Sequence record: NC_104726.1 | Source of the DNA: a phage | Reading direction: 5' to 3' (one strand) | DNA length: 64,000 nt | Part shown: in pieces, positions 9,997 to 19,788 of the stretch | Position numbering within the stretch: the first letter of the stretch is position 1 | Layout: every line of letters begins with the position of its first letter | The notes under the pieces: generated by a model | The model's database searches: none | The model's input: the letters and a program-made list of their open reading frames with translations, nothing else | What the model was told of the DNA's origin: nothing | Made by a program: the position numbers and the translations under genes

Positions 9997-10674
9997 TTAG
10001 TGCGGTCCACTTGTCTCGCCATCAGGGCAAGAGTGGGTATGACCTTTATATTCTGCATAGAATGAATCCAAATCCACACCAGCAGCAGTTATAATTCTAC
10101 CAGATGGGTCTATTGTGGCACCATTCATTCTGATATTTCCATCCACAGCAGCTCGCAAATTGGCAGCCCCGTTAGTAAAAGAGAACTCCCCGCTGCTGTC
10201 GCACCGTAGTGTTCCACCCGGTGTCTGAAGCTCAAAATCGCCAGAAGGTGTCAGTTTAAAATAAACCCTATCATTCCATAACTCTACGTTATCAGGATCG
10301 ATCTGTAAAGCGTTTGAGTCTGAATGAACGGAGGTGATTGCCCACCCTGGAAACAGGCCGTGAGTTTGTTGATCGTCGTTATTGTTTTCATTCCTCTCTG
10401 AAAACTGCAATCCTACAACATCTCCGGCCTTAATAGGAAGTGTTAACCTTGCCTTTCCGCTGTTTGCAGACATTACCTGAATTGGAACGTCATAGATAAG
10501 AGGGTATCTCTCCACATCTCCGTCATCAAACGTGGTTTCAGCTATTGGCTGCACGGCTGCAGAAGGGATACTGTAGTCTACACTGACAACTCTGGCCCTG
10601 ATACTGGTGTGGTAGTCCCTCATTATTTTTTCTATAAAGGATCTTACAGCAGCATCTTTCCTATTTATTGCCAT
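9997..10674 (-). CDS. baseplate central spike protein (HxH apex motif)
   Basis: 225 aa; C-terminal YKGHTHSCPDGETSGPH resembles the HxH metal-binding apex of P2 gpV / Mu gp45-type spikes. Confidence 0.5.
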   Translation of the reverse strand: MAINRKDAAVRSFIEKIMRDYHTSIRARVVSVDYSIPSAAVQPIAETTFDDGDVERYPLIYDVPIQVMSANSGKARLTLPIKAGDVVGLQFSERNENNNDDQQTHGLFPGWAITSVHSDSNALQIDPDNVELWNDRVYFKLTPSGDFELQTPGGTLRCDSSGEFSFTNGAANLRAAVDGNIRMNGATIDPSGRIITAAGVDLDSFYAEYKGHTHSCPDGETSGPH

Positions 10675-11678
10675 TATACCTCCTCAGTTTTGTCAACAAC
10701 TCCACCCACTGTTTCCCCAAGGCCAAGCTCTGTAGTGTAATCACCACCTTCTATGGTGCCCTTATGATGTACCGTGATCACCTTATAGAAGCCTGTATAT
10801 TGCTTGCTTTTAAGATAAATAGTGGACTCTGGGAGGATAGCTCCGTTAAGGCATGTGGTTACAGTAAGGCCAACATCCTCTCTCGGGTTTTTCTTTTTCT
10901 TTTTAGATGTCGAACCACCTTTGGCAGCAGCTTTAGCTTTTCGTTTTTTAGCAGGTTCTGGGTTTTTAGGGGTAGGAGATCCGTGCATCCCAGACTCTGC
11001 ACTTATTTCAAACACAGAGTCTTTGAACCTTTTCCCAACCTTGGTCCAATACAAAGCCCCATCCTGAACGCTAAATGTTGAGTTGGTCAGCCTTGCAAAC
11101 CTGCGGAGGTTCTCTGCAGTGTTTCCAGAGAAAGCCATAGAGTATTGTAGAGTCTGGTTTCCAAAACCCACAACCCTACCTTTTGGCAAGTTCATATCCT
11201 TCAGTAGGTCATTAAGCACAGAGTTCAGAGGTGTGCCTTTCTGATAAGATCTTGTGCTTTGGCACTTAATGATGTTCTCAGTGCCATCCCCAAAGATGAA
11301 CTTAGTTTTTCTGGTCGGACCTTCCCACCTGTCTTCAACAAACTCCACAGTTCCGGAGAATATCAACTGGTTCTCATTATCATAGCCAGCTTCAAACATA
11401 ACTGCAAGGGCATCAGCCTGATGCATATCCAGATAGTTAACTGTATCGTCAGACAGGTTGTAAACTGTCACATAACCTTTGTTTGGCTCTTTGGTATTGT
11501 CCTTTTGTATGTCAAACTCTATATTGGCAGCACCAGTGTCTGAGCTAACTTCATAAACTCCGGAATCACTCTCCCCTTTCTTTTCAACAGATTTTGGGAT
11601 ATTGGTTTTTGATTTACCGCCATGTTCTACAGGACGACCAAACAATAATCGCCATGTTCTACGTCTGTACTCTGCCAT
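10674..11678 (-). CDS. putative baseplate hub protein
   Basis: 334 aa; Lys-rich linker KKRKAKAAAKGGSTSKKKKK; position upstream of spike. Confidence 0.3.
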   Translation of the reverse strand: MAEYRRRTWRLLFGRPVEHGGKSKTNIPKSVEKKGESDSGVYEVSSDTGAANIEFDIQKDNTKEPNKGYVTVYNLSDDTVNYLDMHQADALAVMFEAGYDNENQLIFSGTVEFVEDRWEGPTRKTKFIFGDGTENIIKCQSTRSYQKGTPLNSVLNDLLKDMNLPKGRVVGFGNQTLQYSMAFSGNTAENLRRFARLTNSTFSVQDGALYWTKVGKRFKDSVFEISAESGMHGSPTPKNPEPAKKRKAKAAAKGGSTSKKKKKNPREDVGLTVTTCLNGAILPESTIYLKSKQYTGFYKVITVHHKGTIEGGDYTTELGLGETVGGVVDKTEEV

Positions 11679-12058
11679 TATTCTAACCCTTGCTGTTCCT
11701 TGTAAAGATCAACCGGGGTGCCGTATACAAGTTGTAGCTCAGATCTCGCCCCAAGGTTATATCTTCCAACCCTACCCCAATATTGATCGTCTTTAAACGA
11801 CAGCGCCATCAGTCTACCTTTCGGTAAATCATCTCTGTAATGCAGTCCGTCTAAAATATCTTGACAAGCTGTTACTTTTCTGGTTACTAAAGGGCTGTCA
11901 CCTACTGGACCAAGAGATAACCACCAGGACTCATCCCTCTCATTCCATTGCATACGCATTTCATACGTTTCATTGTCTAAAACAACACGCATGGTTTGAT
12001 CAGGAAAGCCGTCAATGTCCCACACAAAGGTGATTATGCACCAATCTTTAAGCTCCAT
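11678..12058 (-). CDS. hypothetical tail protein
   Basis: 126-aa ORF, start/stop overlap with neighbours. Confidence 0.3.
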   Translation of the reverse strand: MELKDWCIITFVWDIDGFPDQTMRVVLDNETYEMRMQWNERDESWWLSLGPVGDSPLVTRKVTACQDILDGLHYRDDLPKGRLMALSFKDDQYWGRVGRYNLGARSELQLVYGTPVDLYKEQQGLE

Positions 12059-12070
12059 TATACGCTCCCC

Positions 12071-12982
12071 TTATTTCCCGTTAACTTTGTTGTAGTTCCC
12101 CTGCTCAGATGGGACTATGGTAGAAGGTCTTCCATATTCCTGATAATACCAATCCGCAGCCGATTGGGTAACACCGTTTTCATCTGTCCACATCATGGAT
12201 TTGTATGGCTGCCACTCCTCTGCAGCATTTGTGGATGCAGTGTCTGCGAATGCTCCTGTGTCCCTCTTGTTACCTACGTTACTACCATTCTTACAGTCGT
12301 TGACAGCACCTTTTTGCTGGGTTTTGCCTACTTTCTTAGGATTGCTGTATACAGTTGCATTAACAACCTTATTCAAGTAGAATGTGCGGAACTCTGTAAG
12401 TTCTACATCAAACACCATTGCAGCGCCTTCACCAACAGACTTGTTGGCAGAAAGACTGGTTATGATGTAGTTCTCAAGAAGTCTCTCCTCGGTAACCAAA
12501 GAAACCAACTGTCGTTTATTGATAATCTCAGTCAAAGCCTCCAATGCAGCGCCTGGTCGCATAGATGCTGCAGGGTTTTTAGAGTCAGTATTCCTGTCGA
12601 TGTAGTTTTGCTCATAGATTATGTGTGGGGACGTATTTACCCTACCAGTAAAAGAAAACACACCATCTTTAATTACAGCGTGGTCTGACAGGGTAGATTT
12701 ATCTTCCACCGCAAACCCAGTCTTATCAACAGAATGTTTGAAAGAGTAATTCTCAACCTGATCGAAGATAATGGCAAGATCGTTAGTAAAGTTTTTACCC
12801 TTCATCTCCGTATTGCGACCACCATAGTTAAGACCGCTGACAAACATAGTGTACTTTACATCGCTTTCAGTTTGCTGCTCTGCCTTTTCAGCCTTTGGAG
12901 ATTTAACCTCTTGAGGCTTGTACAGGTCTTTTTCATCAACTATATTGCTTGGCATAACCTCTCCAGGACACTCCGATACCAT
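12071..12982 (-). CDS. tail protein downstream of tape measure
   Basis: 303-aa ORF immediately after tape measure gene. Confidence 0.3.
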   Translation of the reverse strand: MVSECPGEVMPSNIVDEKDLYKPQEVKSPKAEKAEQQTESDVKYTMFVSGLNYGGRNTEMKGKNFTNDLAIIFDQVENYSFKHSVDKTGFAVEDKSTLSDHAVIKDGVFSFTGRVNTSPHIIYEQNYIDRNTDSKNPAASMRPGAALEALTEIINKRQLVSLVTEERLLENYIITSLSANKSVGEGAAMVFDVELTEFRTFYLNKVVNATVYSNPKKVGKTQQKGAVNDCKNGSNVGNKRDTGAFADTASTNAAEEWQPYKSMMWTDENGVTQSAADWYYQEYGRPSTIVPSEQGNYNKVNGK

Positions 12983-13020
12983 CTAGATATTGTATCATAA
13001 AATAGCCGTTTTTACAACAC

Positions 13021-13049
13021 CGATAAAATAAAGGGGGCCGGAGCCCCCT
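13021..13049 (-). terminator. rho-independent terminator after tape measure gene
   Basis: hairpin AGGGGGC-CGGA-GCCCCCT followed by U-rich tract on minus strand. Confidence 0.5.
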
Positions 13050-13059
13050 GCACAGTTTA

Positions 13060-15399
13060 TTACCAAAGGTCGGTAGACATGAAGTTGATATCTTTATTGT
13101 TCTCCCACTCAAGTTTTGCATCAAATATTTTGTTAAACTCACCCTCATCTATTGAAATCGTGATTTTCCCATCACTGATCTCTAAAGGTAGCATTTCCAT
13201 AGTTCTTAATTGAGAAGCAAAACCAGGACCACCTGGCAACGGAAGAGTCCCGCCCGGTAAGGTGTCCAAAGGATTGACAAACCCGTTACCACCCGATATG
13301 ATATCTTTGCGAATCATATCGCTGATAGTATCCAACTGCTGATTTCTTTCACTTAGTGGGTTGAAACGGTCATTAAATAATTCCCCGGCACTCAGTATTG
13401 TACCGATAATGCCCAGCTTACCGAGAAGACCAACTTTGCCACCAGGTGTCTTGAGGCCACCTCCCCCTTTTCCTGCCGGAGCGCCACCACCACCAGATCC
13501 TTCTGTAGTAGCTGCACCTGCTACTCCAGCCGCCCCCCTTAGAGAGCTAAGGAATTTAAAGGTTTTTACAAGCATGGATGCCATGACAAAACCTTTTGTT
13601 AGGGCGTTCACTACCAGCATGATGGCAGCAGCAAACCCTGCCCATTTAGCATAGCTAAAGGTGTCATGAAGCTCTTCAGAATATTCCTTCGTCTTAGCTG
13701 TTATGAATCCCCATTTGATTCCCCATTCAAGGAAAAACATACGGATCTTGACTATAGTGTTGTTTAGTTCACCAACTACCCAGTTAAGACCTCTCACAAA
13801 CCCGCTAACAAAATCACCAGATGCATCCCACACAAATTGCAGAGTCTCACCAGTGCGGATCAGTGTATAATAGAACTCTGTTAGTTCGTCAGACCAACGG
13901 GTGAACAGTTTCTGACGAGTCAGTTCGATGAAGGTTTTCAGTCTGTTTTCTGCCAGCACGTTAGACTTCTGCATTCTTTCATAACCAGCTGCAGATGCCT
14001 CGTTCATGTACTTAGCCACATACTTCATGATCTTGGCTGTTTTAACCTCACCTTTCTTCATCATGTCCATGAACTGATCCATGGAGAGTTCAGAAAGACC
14101 AAAAGCCTCTTTGGTAGCCTTGATAAAAGGTTCGTATGCACCAGGTAATGCTTCAGCAAGTTGTTGCTTCAGTTCTTCGGACATTACTTGCCCTTTACCG
14201 AGCATCTGTTGGATTGCCATAATACCGCGCTGGTATTTTACCTCATCAGCACCATAAGCAGCAGCATACTGGGAGTATGCAGAAAACAGCTCATGCACTT
14301 CCTGATTTGTCATCTGGTTTTTGGCGTTTACCGACATCTGGGCGTAACCTTGAAGACCAGATTTGAGATCAAAACCAAGACGCATAGCCTCTTGCTGGAC
14401 AAACGCAACCTCACTGTTGGCTTTGTTTGGATCTCCAGTAACAGCAGTAAGAGCAGCACTTGCCCCCTCCATCATGTGACCGGATCTGTTAACCGCAGCA
14501 AATCCAGAAAAAGCTGTATACGCAGCTGTTGCATTAATAACAGATCTACGTAAGTCTCTCATGGCATCGCCTAGTGTAAGCGTTTGGCTGGTGGCACTTT
14601 TAAATCCAGACTGCAGCGCTGACAGGTGGGCGTTAAAGGTTGACTTTTTCATCTCCCCGCGAGCAAACCTAGACTCTAACTCTGAGTATCCTGGCAAGCT
14701 TCCACGGAATCCGGCCCCATACTTGGCAGAAAGTCTTATCGCGGAGTTGTAGAGGTGGGTTCTTCTTGCCTCACGATCCGACATAAGCCTATTATCCATA
14801 CCAGCTTTACTGTCTCTTCTTAGCTGTCTATGATAACGATTCATAGCGGCTGTCTGAGCTTTCACAAGGTTAGGGTCGGAAGCCACACCACCCATATTAG
14901 GGTTACCGGGGATATATTTGAAAGATTTGGCATTAGCCAAAACTCTTGCCTTAGGTGCCTTATAACCACCGTAAGACACTGGTGCAGATTTGGCAGCCTT
15001 TTTGGCCTCTTTAGCTTGCTGCTGGTAGAACTTACGCATCCTAGCCATTTCTGGATTTTTAGCGGTAAGATTACCTACAGCTTGTTTACGTCTCGCATTC
15101 TCCCTACGTTCTATTGCAGCCCTTACTGCAGCCTCTTTCTTGGCCTGCGCTACGCTCTCCCTATGCAGCTTAGCATTTGCCTGAGATTGCTGTCTGGCAA
15201 CCCGCTGCATTGTCTGCTGGGTTTTAACAGCTACCGCCTGCCATCTACTCATGGGGTTGGCTGAGTTAAAATCTTCGCCCAGTTTCCTGAACTCTCTCCC
15301 AATACTGCGAATTTTCTCTACAGCTTTTTTGTAGGAGGAGTTCTCTATCTCAAAGCCAATCTTGTTGACTGTTGTGGCAACTATTTTGTTTGTAGCCAT
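13060..15399 (-). CDS. tail tape measure protein
   Basis: 779 aa, long helical Ala/Lys/Gln-rich protein with Gly-rich tract (GAAGVAGAATTEGSGGGGAPAGKGGGG); located after tail chaperones. Confidence 0.75.
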   Translation of the reverse strand: MATNKIVATTVNKIGFEIENSSYKKAVEKIRSIGREFRKLGEDFNSANPMSRWQAVAVKTQQTMQRVARQQSQANAKLHRESVAQAKKEAAVRAAIERRENARRKQAVGNLTAKNPEMARMRKFYQQQAKEAKKAAKSAPVSYGGYKAPKARVLANAKSFKYIPGNPNMGGVASDPNLVKAQTAAMNRYHRQLRRDSKAGMDNRLMSDREARRTHLYNSAIRLSAKYGAGFRGSLPGYSELESRFARGEMKKSTFNAHLSALQSGFKSATSQTLTLGDAMRDLRRSVINATAAYTAFSGFAAVNRSGHMMEGASAALTAVTGDPNKANSEVAFVQQEAMRLGFDLKSGLQGYAQMSVNAKNQMTNQEVHELFSAYSQYAAAYGADEVKYQRGIMAIQQMLGKGQVMSEELKQQLAEALPGAYEPFIKATKEAFGLSELSMDQFMDMMKKGEVKTAKIMKYVAKYMNEASAAGYERMQKSNVLAENRLKTFIELTRQKLFTRWSDELTEFYYTLIRTGETLQFVWDASGDFVSGFVRGLNWVVGELNNTIVKIRMFFLEWGIKWGFITAKTKEYSEELHDTFSYAKWAGFAAAIMLVVNALTKGFVMASMLVKTFKFLSSLRGAAGVAGAATTEGSGGGGAPAGKGGGGLKTPGGKVGLLGKLGIIGTILSAGELFNDRFNPLSERNQQLDTISDMIRKDIISGGNGFVNPLDTLPGGTLPLPGGPGFASQLRTMEMLPLEISDGKITISIDEGEFNKIFDAKLEWENNKDINFMSTDLW

Positions 15400-15410
15400 G
15401 GTTTCCTCAT

Positions 15411-15449
15411 AATAAAAAGGGCCAGATCCCAGAAAAGGAATCCGGCCCT
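15411..15449 (-). terminator. candidate terminator/attenuator between chaperone and tape measure genes
   Basis: imperfect GC hairpin AGGGCC...GGCCCT followed by U tract on minus strand. Confidence 0.35.
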
Positions 15450-15453
15450 TAGA

Positions 15454-15702
15454 TTATCCTCTCCTGCGCTTAGCTTTCGCAGCAGCTGCGGCAGCCTTCT
15501 GCTCCCGCTCCATTTCCCTGTTTTGGACGGTATCTAGGAATTCTTCGATATCAAGATACTCACAGAGCTTCAAGAAATACGCCATATCTGCAAGATTTAG
15601 CGATTCAAAATTTTCCCCTTTGAAATTCTTGAGCACCCTGCACCAAAGAAAGTCGAACCAGTTAAGTGAACTGTTCTTAGCTGCCCACTCACTGGCCCTC
15701 AC
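15454..15702 (-). CDS. tail assembly chaperone, downstream frame
   Basis: 82-aa ORF between tube-proximal chaperone and tape measure; frame stays open upstream into preceding ORF. Confidence 0.4.
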   Translation of the reverse strand: MRASEWAAKNSSLNWFDFLWCRVLKNFKGENFESLNLADMAYFLKLCEYLDIEEFLDTVQNREMEREQKAAAAAAKAKRRRG

Positions 15703-15713
15703 AACAACCTTGC

Positions 15714-16187
15714 TTATTCCTGCTCTTCCGGAGTCTGATCCAGGTTGTTCACCTGCTGAATCATACCCATCTGCTGTAACATCTCCAGAAGGCTTCCTAA
15801 ACCGTCTTGTGTGAAAAAACAGCCGTAGTTAACCTCCAGAACCTTACCTGCCAGCTTAATCATCTCCAGCAGATGCCCTGCAAACACAACATCCGGGTTA
15901 AGCTTATCCACACCATCTACGGTAATATCTTCGAACAAGATTTTAAATAGCTCTTCAATAGAGTTATCATCAAGTTCTTGGAACAGGTAAGCCAGAGCAG
16001 TAGGAAGGACCTCTGCCATGTTCTGACCGCCTGAGATAATAGATCCACCGATAGCACCTAGCGGGACAGCCACAATCTTACCGATTTTAGGCATGTTTTT
16101 CATTGCTTTCATCGGTCCCCAGTGGGTGATCACAAAGTTGTGCCCTGCTAAATCAATCTCTGTTGTAGGTCTAAAGTTTATAGCCAT
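15714..16187 (-). CDS. tail assembly chaperone
   Basis: 157-aa acidic protein between tube and tape measure genes. Confidence 0.45.
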   Translation of the reverse strand: MAINFRPTTEIDLAGHNFVITHWGPMKAMKNMPKIGKIVAVPLGAIGGSIISGGQNMAEVLPTALAYLFQELDDNSIEELFKILFEDITVDGVDKLNPDVVFAGHLLEMIKLAGKVLEVNYGCFFTQDGLGSLLEMLQQMGMIQQVNNLDQTPEEQE

Positions 16188-16230
16188 TTTATAGCATCCT
16201 TATTAGTCATGTTGTGCACCATATTTGTGT

Positions 16231-16259
16231 ATTTTACCATGATTATGGTGCATTGTCAA
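16231..16259 (-). promoter_or_regulatory. sigma70-like promoter for tail chaperone/tape-measure operon
   Basis: minus strand TTGACA-17 nt-TAAAAT; flanked by inverted repeat TGCACCAT/ATGGTGCA. Confidence 0.5.
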
Positions 16260-16290
16260 TTTAACCTTTCAAGCAATTCAAGAACGTGTG

Positions 16291-16324
16291 TCAAAACCAT
16301 AAAAGCAAAAAGCCCCACCCGAAG
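16291..16324 (-). terminator. rho-independent terminator after tail tube gene
   Basis: hairpin AGCCTCACC-TTCG-GGTGGGGCT plus U tract (minus strand). Confidence 0.55.
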
Positions 16325-16349
16325 GTGAGGCTTATGCTAAAGTGTGCCC

Positions 16350-16823
16350 TTAGATAATACCTGCAAGACCTGCGAGGCCAGTAAGAGCACCAGTGATGTT
16401 ATCACGGTTGAGCCATGCATCCAGAATACCGATATCCCAGTCCAGTTGACCTACTTCGGTTCCGTAAGTCAGGTCAGGCTGTTTCTGGATCCAACCGATT
16501 GTAGAAATACCAGGGCCCTGGCTACCTTCCAGCAGAACCGGGAAGAATACCAGGCCAGTAATCGATGCCTGTTTCTGCCAGTCAGAAAGGTAAGCGTTCC
16601 ATACAGAAGTGTTCTGCAAAGATACAGTCATAACACCAGATTGGTTACGAGACAGGGCCGCAGACATTTCTCCATCCACACCAAAGTGAGGGTAGATGTT
16701 GTCTTCGTTTCTTGAAACAACGATCTTGGTGTCAGCAGCGAAGCCAGTGACACGCTGCTGCATCAGGTACAGTTTGACCTTTTTAGGGTCATAAGCATAA
16801 GGAGTTAAAATTTGAGTTTCCAT
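16350..16823 (-). CDS. tail tube protein
   Basis: 157 aa immediately downstream of sheath gene. Confidence 0.7.
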   Translation of the reverse strand: METQILTPYAYDPKKVKLYLMQQRVTGFAADTKIVVSRNEDNIYPHFGVDGEMSAALSRNQSGVMTVSLQNTSVWNAYLSDWQKQASITGLVFFPVLLEGSQGPGISTIGWIQKQPDLTYGTEVGQLDWDIGILDAWLNRDNITGALTGLAGLAGII

Positions 16824-16833
16824 CTAGTCTTCC

Positions 16834-18210
16834 TTATTCAGTCATTGCAACAGCATTGGTGGATTTAGAACCAACTTTGTCAAGAAGGACGTTGATCCGG
16901 ATACGAACGAAGTGCAGGGCGTTGTTATACACCAGTTCTACTTTCACACCTTCCAGAACACGAGCAGCTAACTGATTGGTTGGGATTTCTGCACGTTTAG
17001 GAACTGTGATGATCGGGTCGTAGAATACATTATTGTCTTCGTCGAAACCTGTCAGGATCGCACCATTCTTAATGCCAGTGTTGATCGGGTTGTTCATCAG
17101 AACAGACTTGATAACCGGAAGATCATCATCAGACATCTTCATGCTTAAACCCATGTTAGAGCGGCGATGCATGTACCCAAACATAGATTCTTCAGATCTG
17201 AACTTGATCCAGTGTGCAAAACGAATAGCGTCTGCATACTGACCTGAAGCACACTTACCTTCCCAGAAAGCGCCAACACCGTTAATCATTCTGTAGAAGT
17301 TAACGTGGTTTTCCCAAATAGCCATACGCTGAGTTAAAGTCAGAGATGGTGCAATCACACCAGGCATCTGTTTTAAATGCAAGCTGTCGCCATAGGACGG
17401 ATCGTTAGATGCCATAGCGCCTATGATACCACCCTCTGGAAAATCTTTATCAGCACGAGGGTCGTACATGCCAACACTGTCATATTGTGCAGCCATCAGT
17501 TTGGTGGCGATGTTATTATCTTTACCAGTCACATCTTCTGCAGTAGAGTAGACATGCAGTTTGTAGTTAGCCTGAGCCCACTTAGCACATGCTTCAATAT
17601 CTGTGTGGTCTTCATGGCACAGGAAGTACCAATTATCCCGCTCAGCATTGATCTTGTCGATCACGGTAGAAGGTTTTTCAGCATTGGCGATATTTTTGAT
17701 TGTATAGTTACCAGTGTGATAACCAACAGTACAGTCACCAGTGATGGTGATAACACCATCGGCAGCCTCTACAGTGATATCGTCCAAGTTATCATCTGCT
17801 TCGATCTTAGTCTTCATTGACTCTGCAATCTGAGTTGCACCTGTTCCACCAGAGATAGGTACTATCAAAGAAGTATTGTAGCTACCTTTTGCAATAGTCA
17901 TTACGACATCGGTATCGGCTGCGGCAGCAATACCTTTAAAATCTACAGTGGTTTTTTCTTTAGCCTGTCTGCCGATCATAACATATTGTGGAGGGAATAC
18001 ACCACCAAAAGCTTTTGCTGCAAACTCATACGCTGCAGAGCCTTGTGCGAAACCATCTTCCACCATCTGATCCAGCTCAGCATATACGCGAGCTCTCTCA
18101 GTAAAGTTGTTGTGGATAGCGATGAACAGGGGAGTTTCGAAACCTACAGTGTCAATAGGCTGGGTTCCGAGGTTAACTGTAACATCTACCACTTTATCTA
18201 AATATGGCAT
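16834..18210 (-). CDS. contractile tail sheath protein
   Basis: 458 aa, size/position and sequence character typical of myoviral sheath. Confidence 0.8.
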   Translation of the reverse strand: MPYLDKVVDVTVNLGTQPIDTVGFETPLFIAIHNNFTERARVYAELDQMVEDGFAQGSAAYEFAAKAFGGVFPPQYVMIGRQAKEKTTVDFKGIAAAADTDVVMTIAKGSYNTSLIVPISGGTGATQIAESMKTKIEADDNLDDITVEAADGVITITGDCTVGYHTGNYTIKNIANAEKPSTVIDKINAERDNWYFLCHEDHTDIEACAKWAQANYKLHVYSTAEDVTGKDNNIATKLMAAQYDSVGMYDPRADKDFPEGGIIGAMASNDPSYGDSLHLKQMPGVIAPSLTLTQRMAIWENHVNFYRMINGVGAFWEGKCASGQYADAIRFAHWIKFRSEESMFGYMHRRSNMGLSMKMSDDDLPVIKSVLMNNPINTGIKNGAILTGFDEDNNVFYDPIITVPKRAEIPTNQLAARVLEGVKVELVYNNALHFVRIRINVLLDKVGSKSTNAVAMTE

Positions 18211-18282
18211 TTGTTTCCTCTTAATATCTGTGCACGGATATCAAACACGCAGTGTAATCATTACACTACACAATTATAACGA

Positions 18283-18834
18283 TTACTGACCACTGTCTGT
18301 AACCGCTTTACCAGAATTGGGTGAAGGGAAGTGTGTGGTTATTTCAGCCTTAATTCCCTGAAGATCCTCAAAAGCCCCAATGTCTGTTTCAACAAACCTT
18401 ACGTTAAATGTCAGCATTACAGTGGCTCTATTTTCATACGTCTGCTTATTCAACGGCACTCTTTGAGGTGAGATTGTTGAATTGTTAGAGTAGGCAAAGC
18501 ACGATCCTAGAGGGAAATACTTGTCATAAAACATTGGAAGGTTTATTGCTTGCAATACTCTGCTAAGTGCAACATATGCCCTGCCACGATAAGCTGTTAA
18601 CAGATAAGTAACAGTGTAGCTGTGGGTGACGTAAGCATTACCCTCCGCATCTTGAAACTCATTATCTTCCCAAGTGGTGGGATTGATCGCCAAGGTTTGT
18701 AAAAGTACAAACTCACCTTCCGGCTTCGGTATGGTGGAGCTTTCTGCCAGAACTACAGTTCTTCCTGTGGCAACCTTGACGAGCTTAGCAATGGTTGTTT
18801 CAAGATCAGAAAAAACTTTTTCGAAAGCTTCCAT
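18283..18834 (-). CDS. hypothetical neck / tail completion protein
   Basis: 183-aa ORF between head and sheath genes. Confidence 0.3.
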   Translation of the reverse strand: MEAFEKVFSDLETTIAKLVKVATGRTVVLAESSTIPKPEGEFVLLQTLAINPTTWEDNEFQDAEGNAYVTHSYTVTYLLTAYRGRAYVALSRVLQAINLPMFYDKYFPLGSCFAYSNNSTISPQRVPLNKQTYENRATVMLTFNVRFVETDIGAFEDLQGIKAEITTHFPSPNSGKAVTDSGQ

Positions 18835-19259
18835 CAGTTCTCTCCTTCAGGCTCTTCTACCACAAAAAATCTATATCTCCCACCACCAGAGGTAACATAT
18901 GCATCGCATTTTAAAACGGTAAACCATTTCAAGTCACCACGGATGTCAGGTAGCTGAATTTGGTCAGCCATTGCATATGTTCCTTCGTCCGGACTATACA
19001 ACTTGGTTGAGGAGTAAACTGTAAAAGCCTCGTACTGTCTGTCACCTTCAGGGTTTATTTGAGAGGAGTAATCTTTAGCTGCCCTTCCTGTCAACGGCTG
19101 CACAACACACTCTAAGACATCAAACTCTTCATACTCAAGCTCTAACCCCTCGTTGACAAAAGGACCACCAACTGTTTTGTTATACACTCTGTGGCGACCT
19201 TTGAATGTTTTACGAGGTATCAGTCTGTTCTTTCCTATCAGCTTATAACCTGCTGCCAC
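18834..19259 (-). CDS. hypothetical neck protein
   Basis: 141-aa ORF, overlapping stop/start with neighbours. Confidence 0.3.
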   Translation of the reverse strand: MAAGYKLIGKNRLIPRKTFKGRHRVYNKTVGGPFVNEGLELEYEEFDVLECVVQPLTGRAAKDYSSQINPEGDRQYEAFTVYSSTKLYSPDEGTYAMADQIQLPDIRGDLKWFTVLKCDAYVTSGGGRYRFFVVEEPEGEN

Positions 19260-19276
19260 TCAACCCCCCTTATTTT

Positions 19277-19747
19277 TTACTGTCCGATTTTAAAGGTTGC
19301 AGATTCAAGCAGCACATCGTAATGCCGCATAGCCTCGTTGAAGCCCTTTTCTTGTGCCCACTGCTCACTAACAGTAGGATTACTAAACTGACCAGCCTCA
19401 ATAACAAACTGGATAGCTTTGGCCCCTGTGTCCCCCATCTGCTTAAGAATAGCCTCTGCACTTGACCCTCTAGCCATAGCTCTCAACAATTTTTCTGTCA
19501 AGGTCTGTAGTTGAGTGCTGTGAAATGCAAAGGCTGTCTCCATGAAATTGCGAACAGGCAGCCCGTTCCAACCGAAGTTGTGAATAGCTGCCAATGTTGC
19601 CATATTTAAGCCTGACGGGTGAGGTTCGTCATAAAAGCCGTAGGTTATTGTTTTACTTTCAAGTCTCACAAGTTCTTTGTAGAAGCGATCTAAACGCTTT
19701 AGGTTGAACCTTGTTTGACATTTAACCTTTAGCATTATATCCCTCAC
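19277..19747 (-). CDS. hypothetical head-tail joining protein
   Basis: 156-aa ORF in head-tail connector region. Confidence 0.3.
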   Translation of the reverse strand: MRDIMLKVKCQTRFNLKRLDRFYKELVRLESKTITYGFYDEPHPSGLNMATLAAIHNFGWNGLPVRNFMETAFAFHSTQLQTLTEKLLRAMARGSSAEAILKQMGDTGAKAIQFVIEAGQFSNPTVSEQWAQEKGFNEAMRHYDVLLESATFKIGQ

Positions 19748-19788
19748 TAATGTATTTTACCACAAAGATACATCAAAAGCAACAATTT

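Noticed and set aside
11996-12688. 230-aa plus-strand ORF antisense to tail protein gene
   Set aside because: Cys/Val-rich low-complexity translation, fully overlapped by a better-supported minus-strand gene
14161-15264. Plus-strand ORFs (130 aa, 144 aa) inside the tape measure gene
   Set aside because: Antisense to a long, clearly coding tape measure ORF; hydrophobic low-complexity products typical of shadow frames
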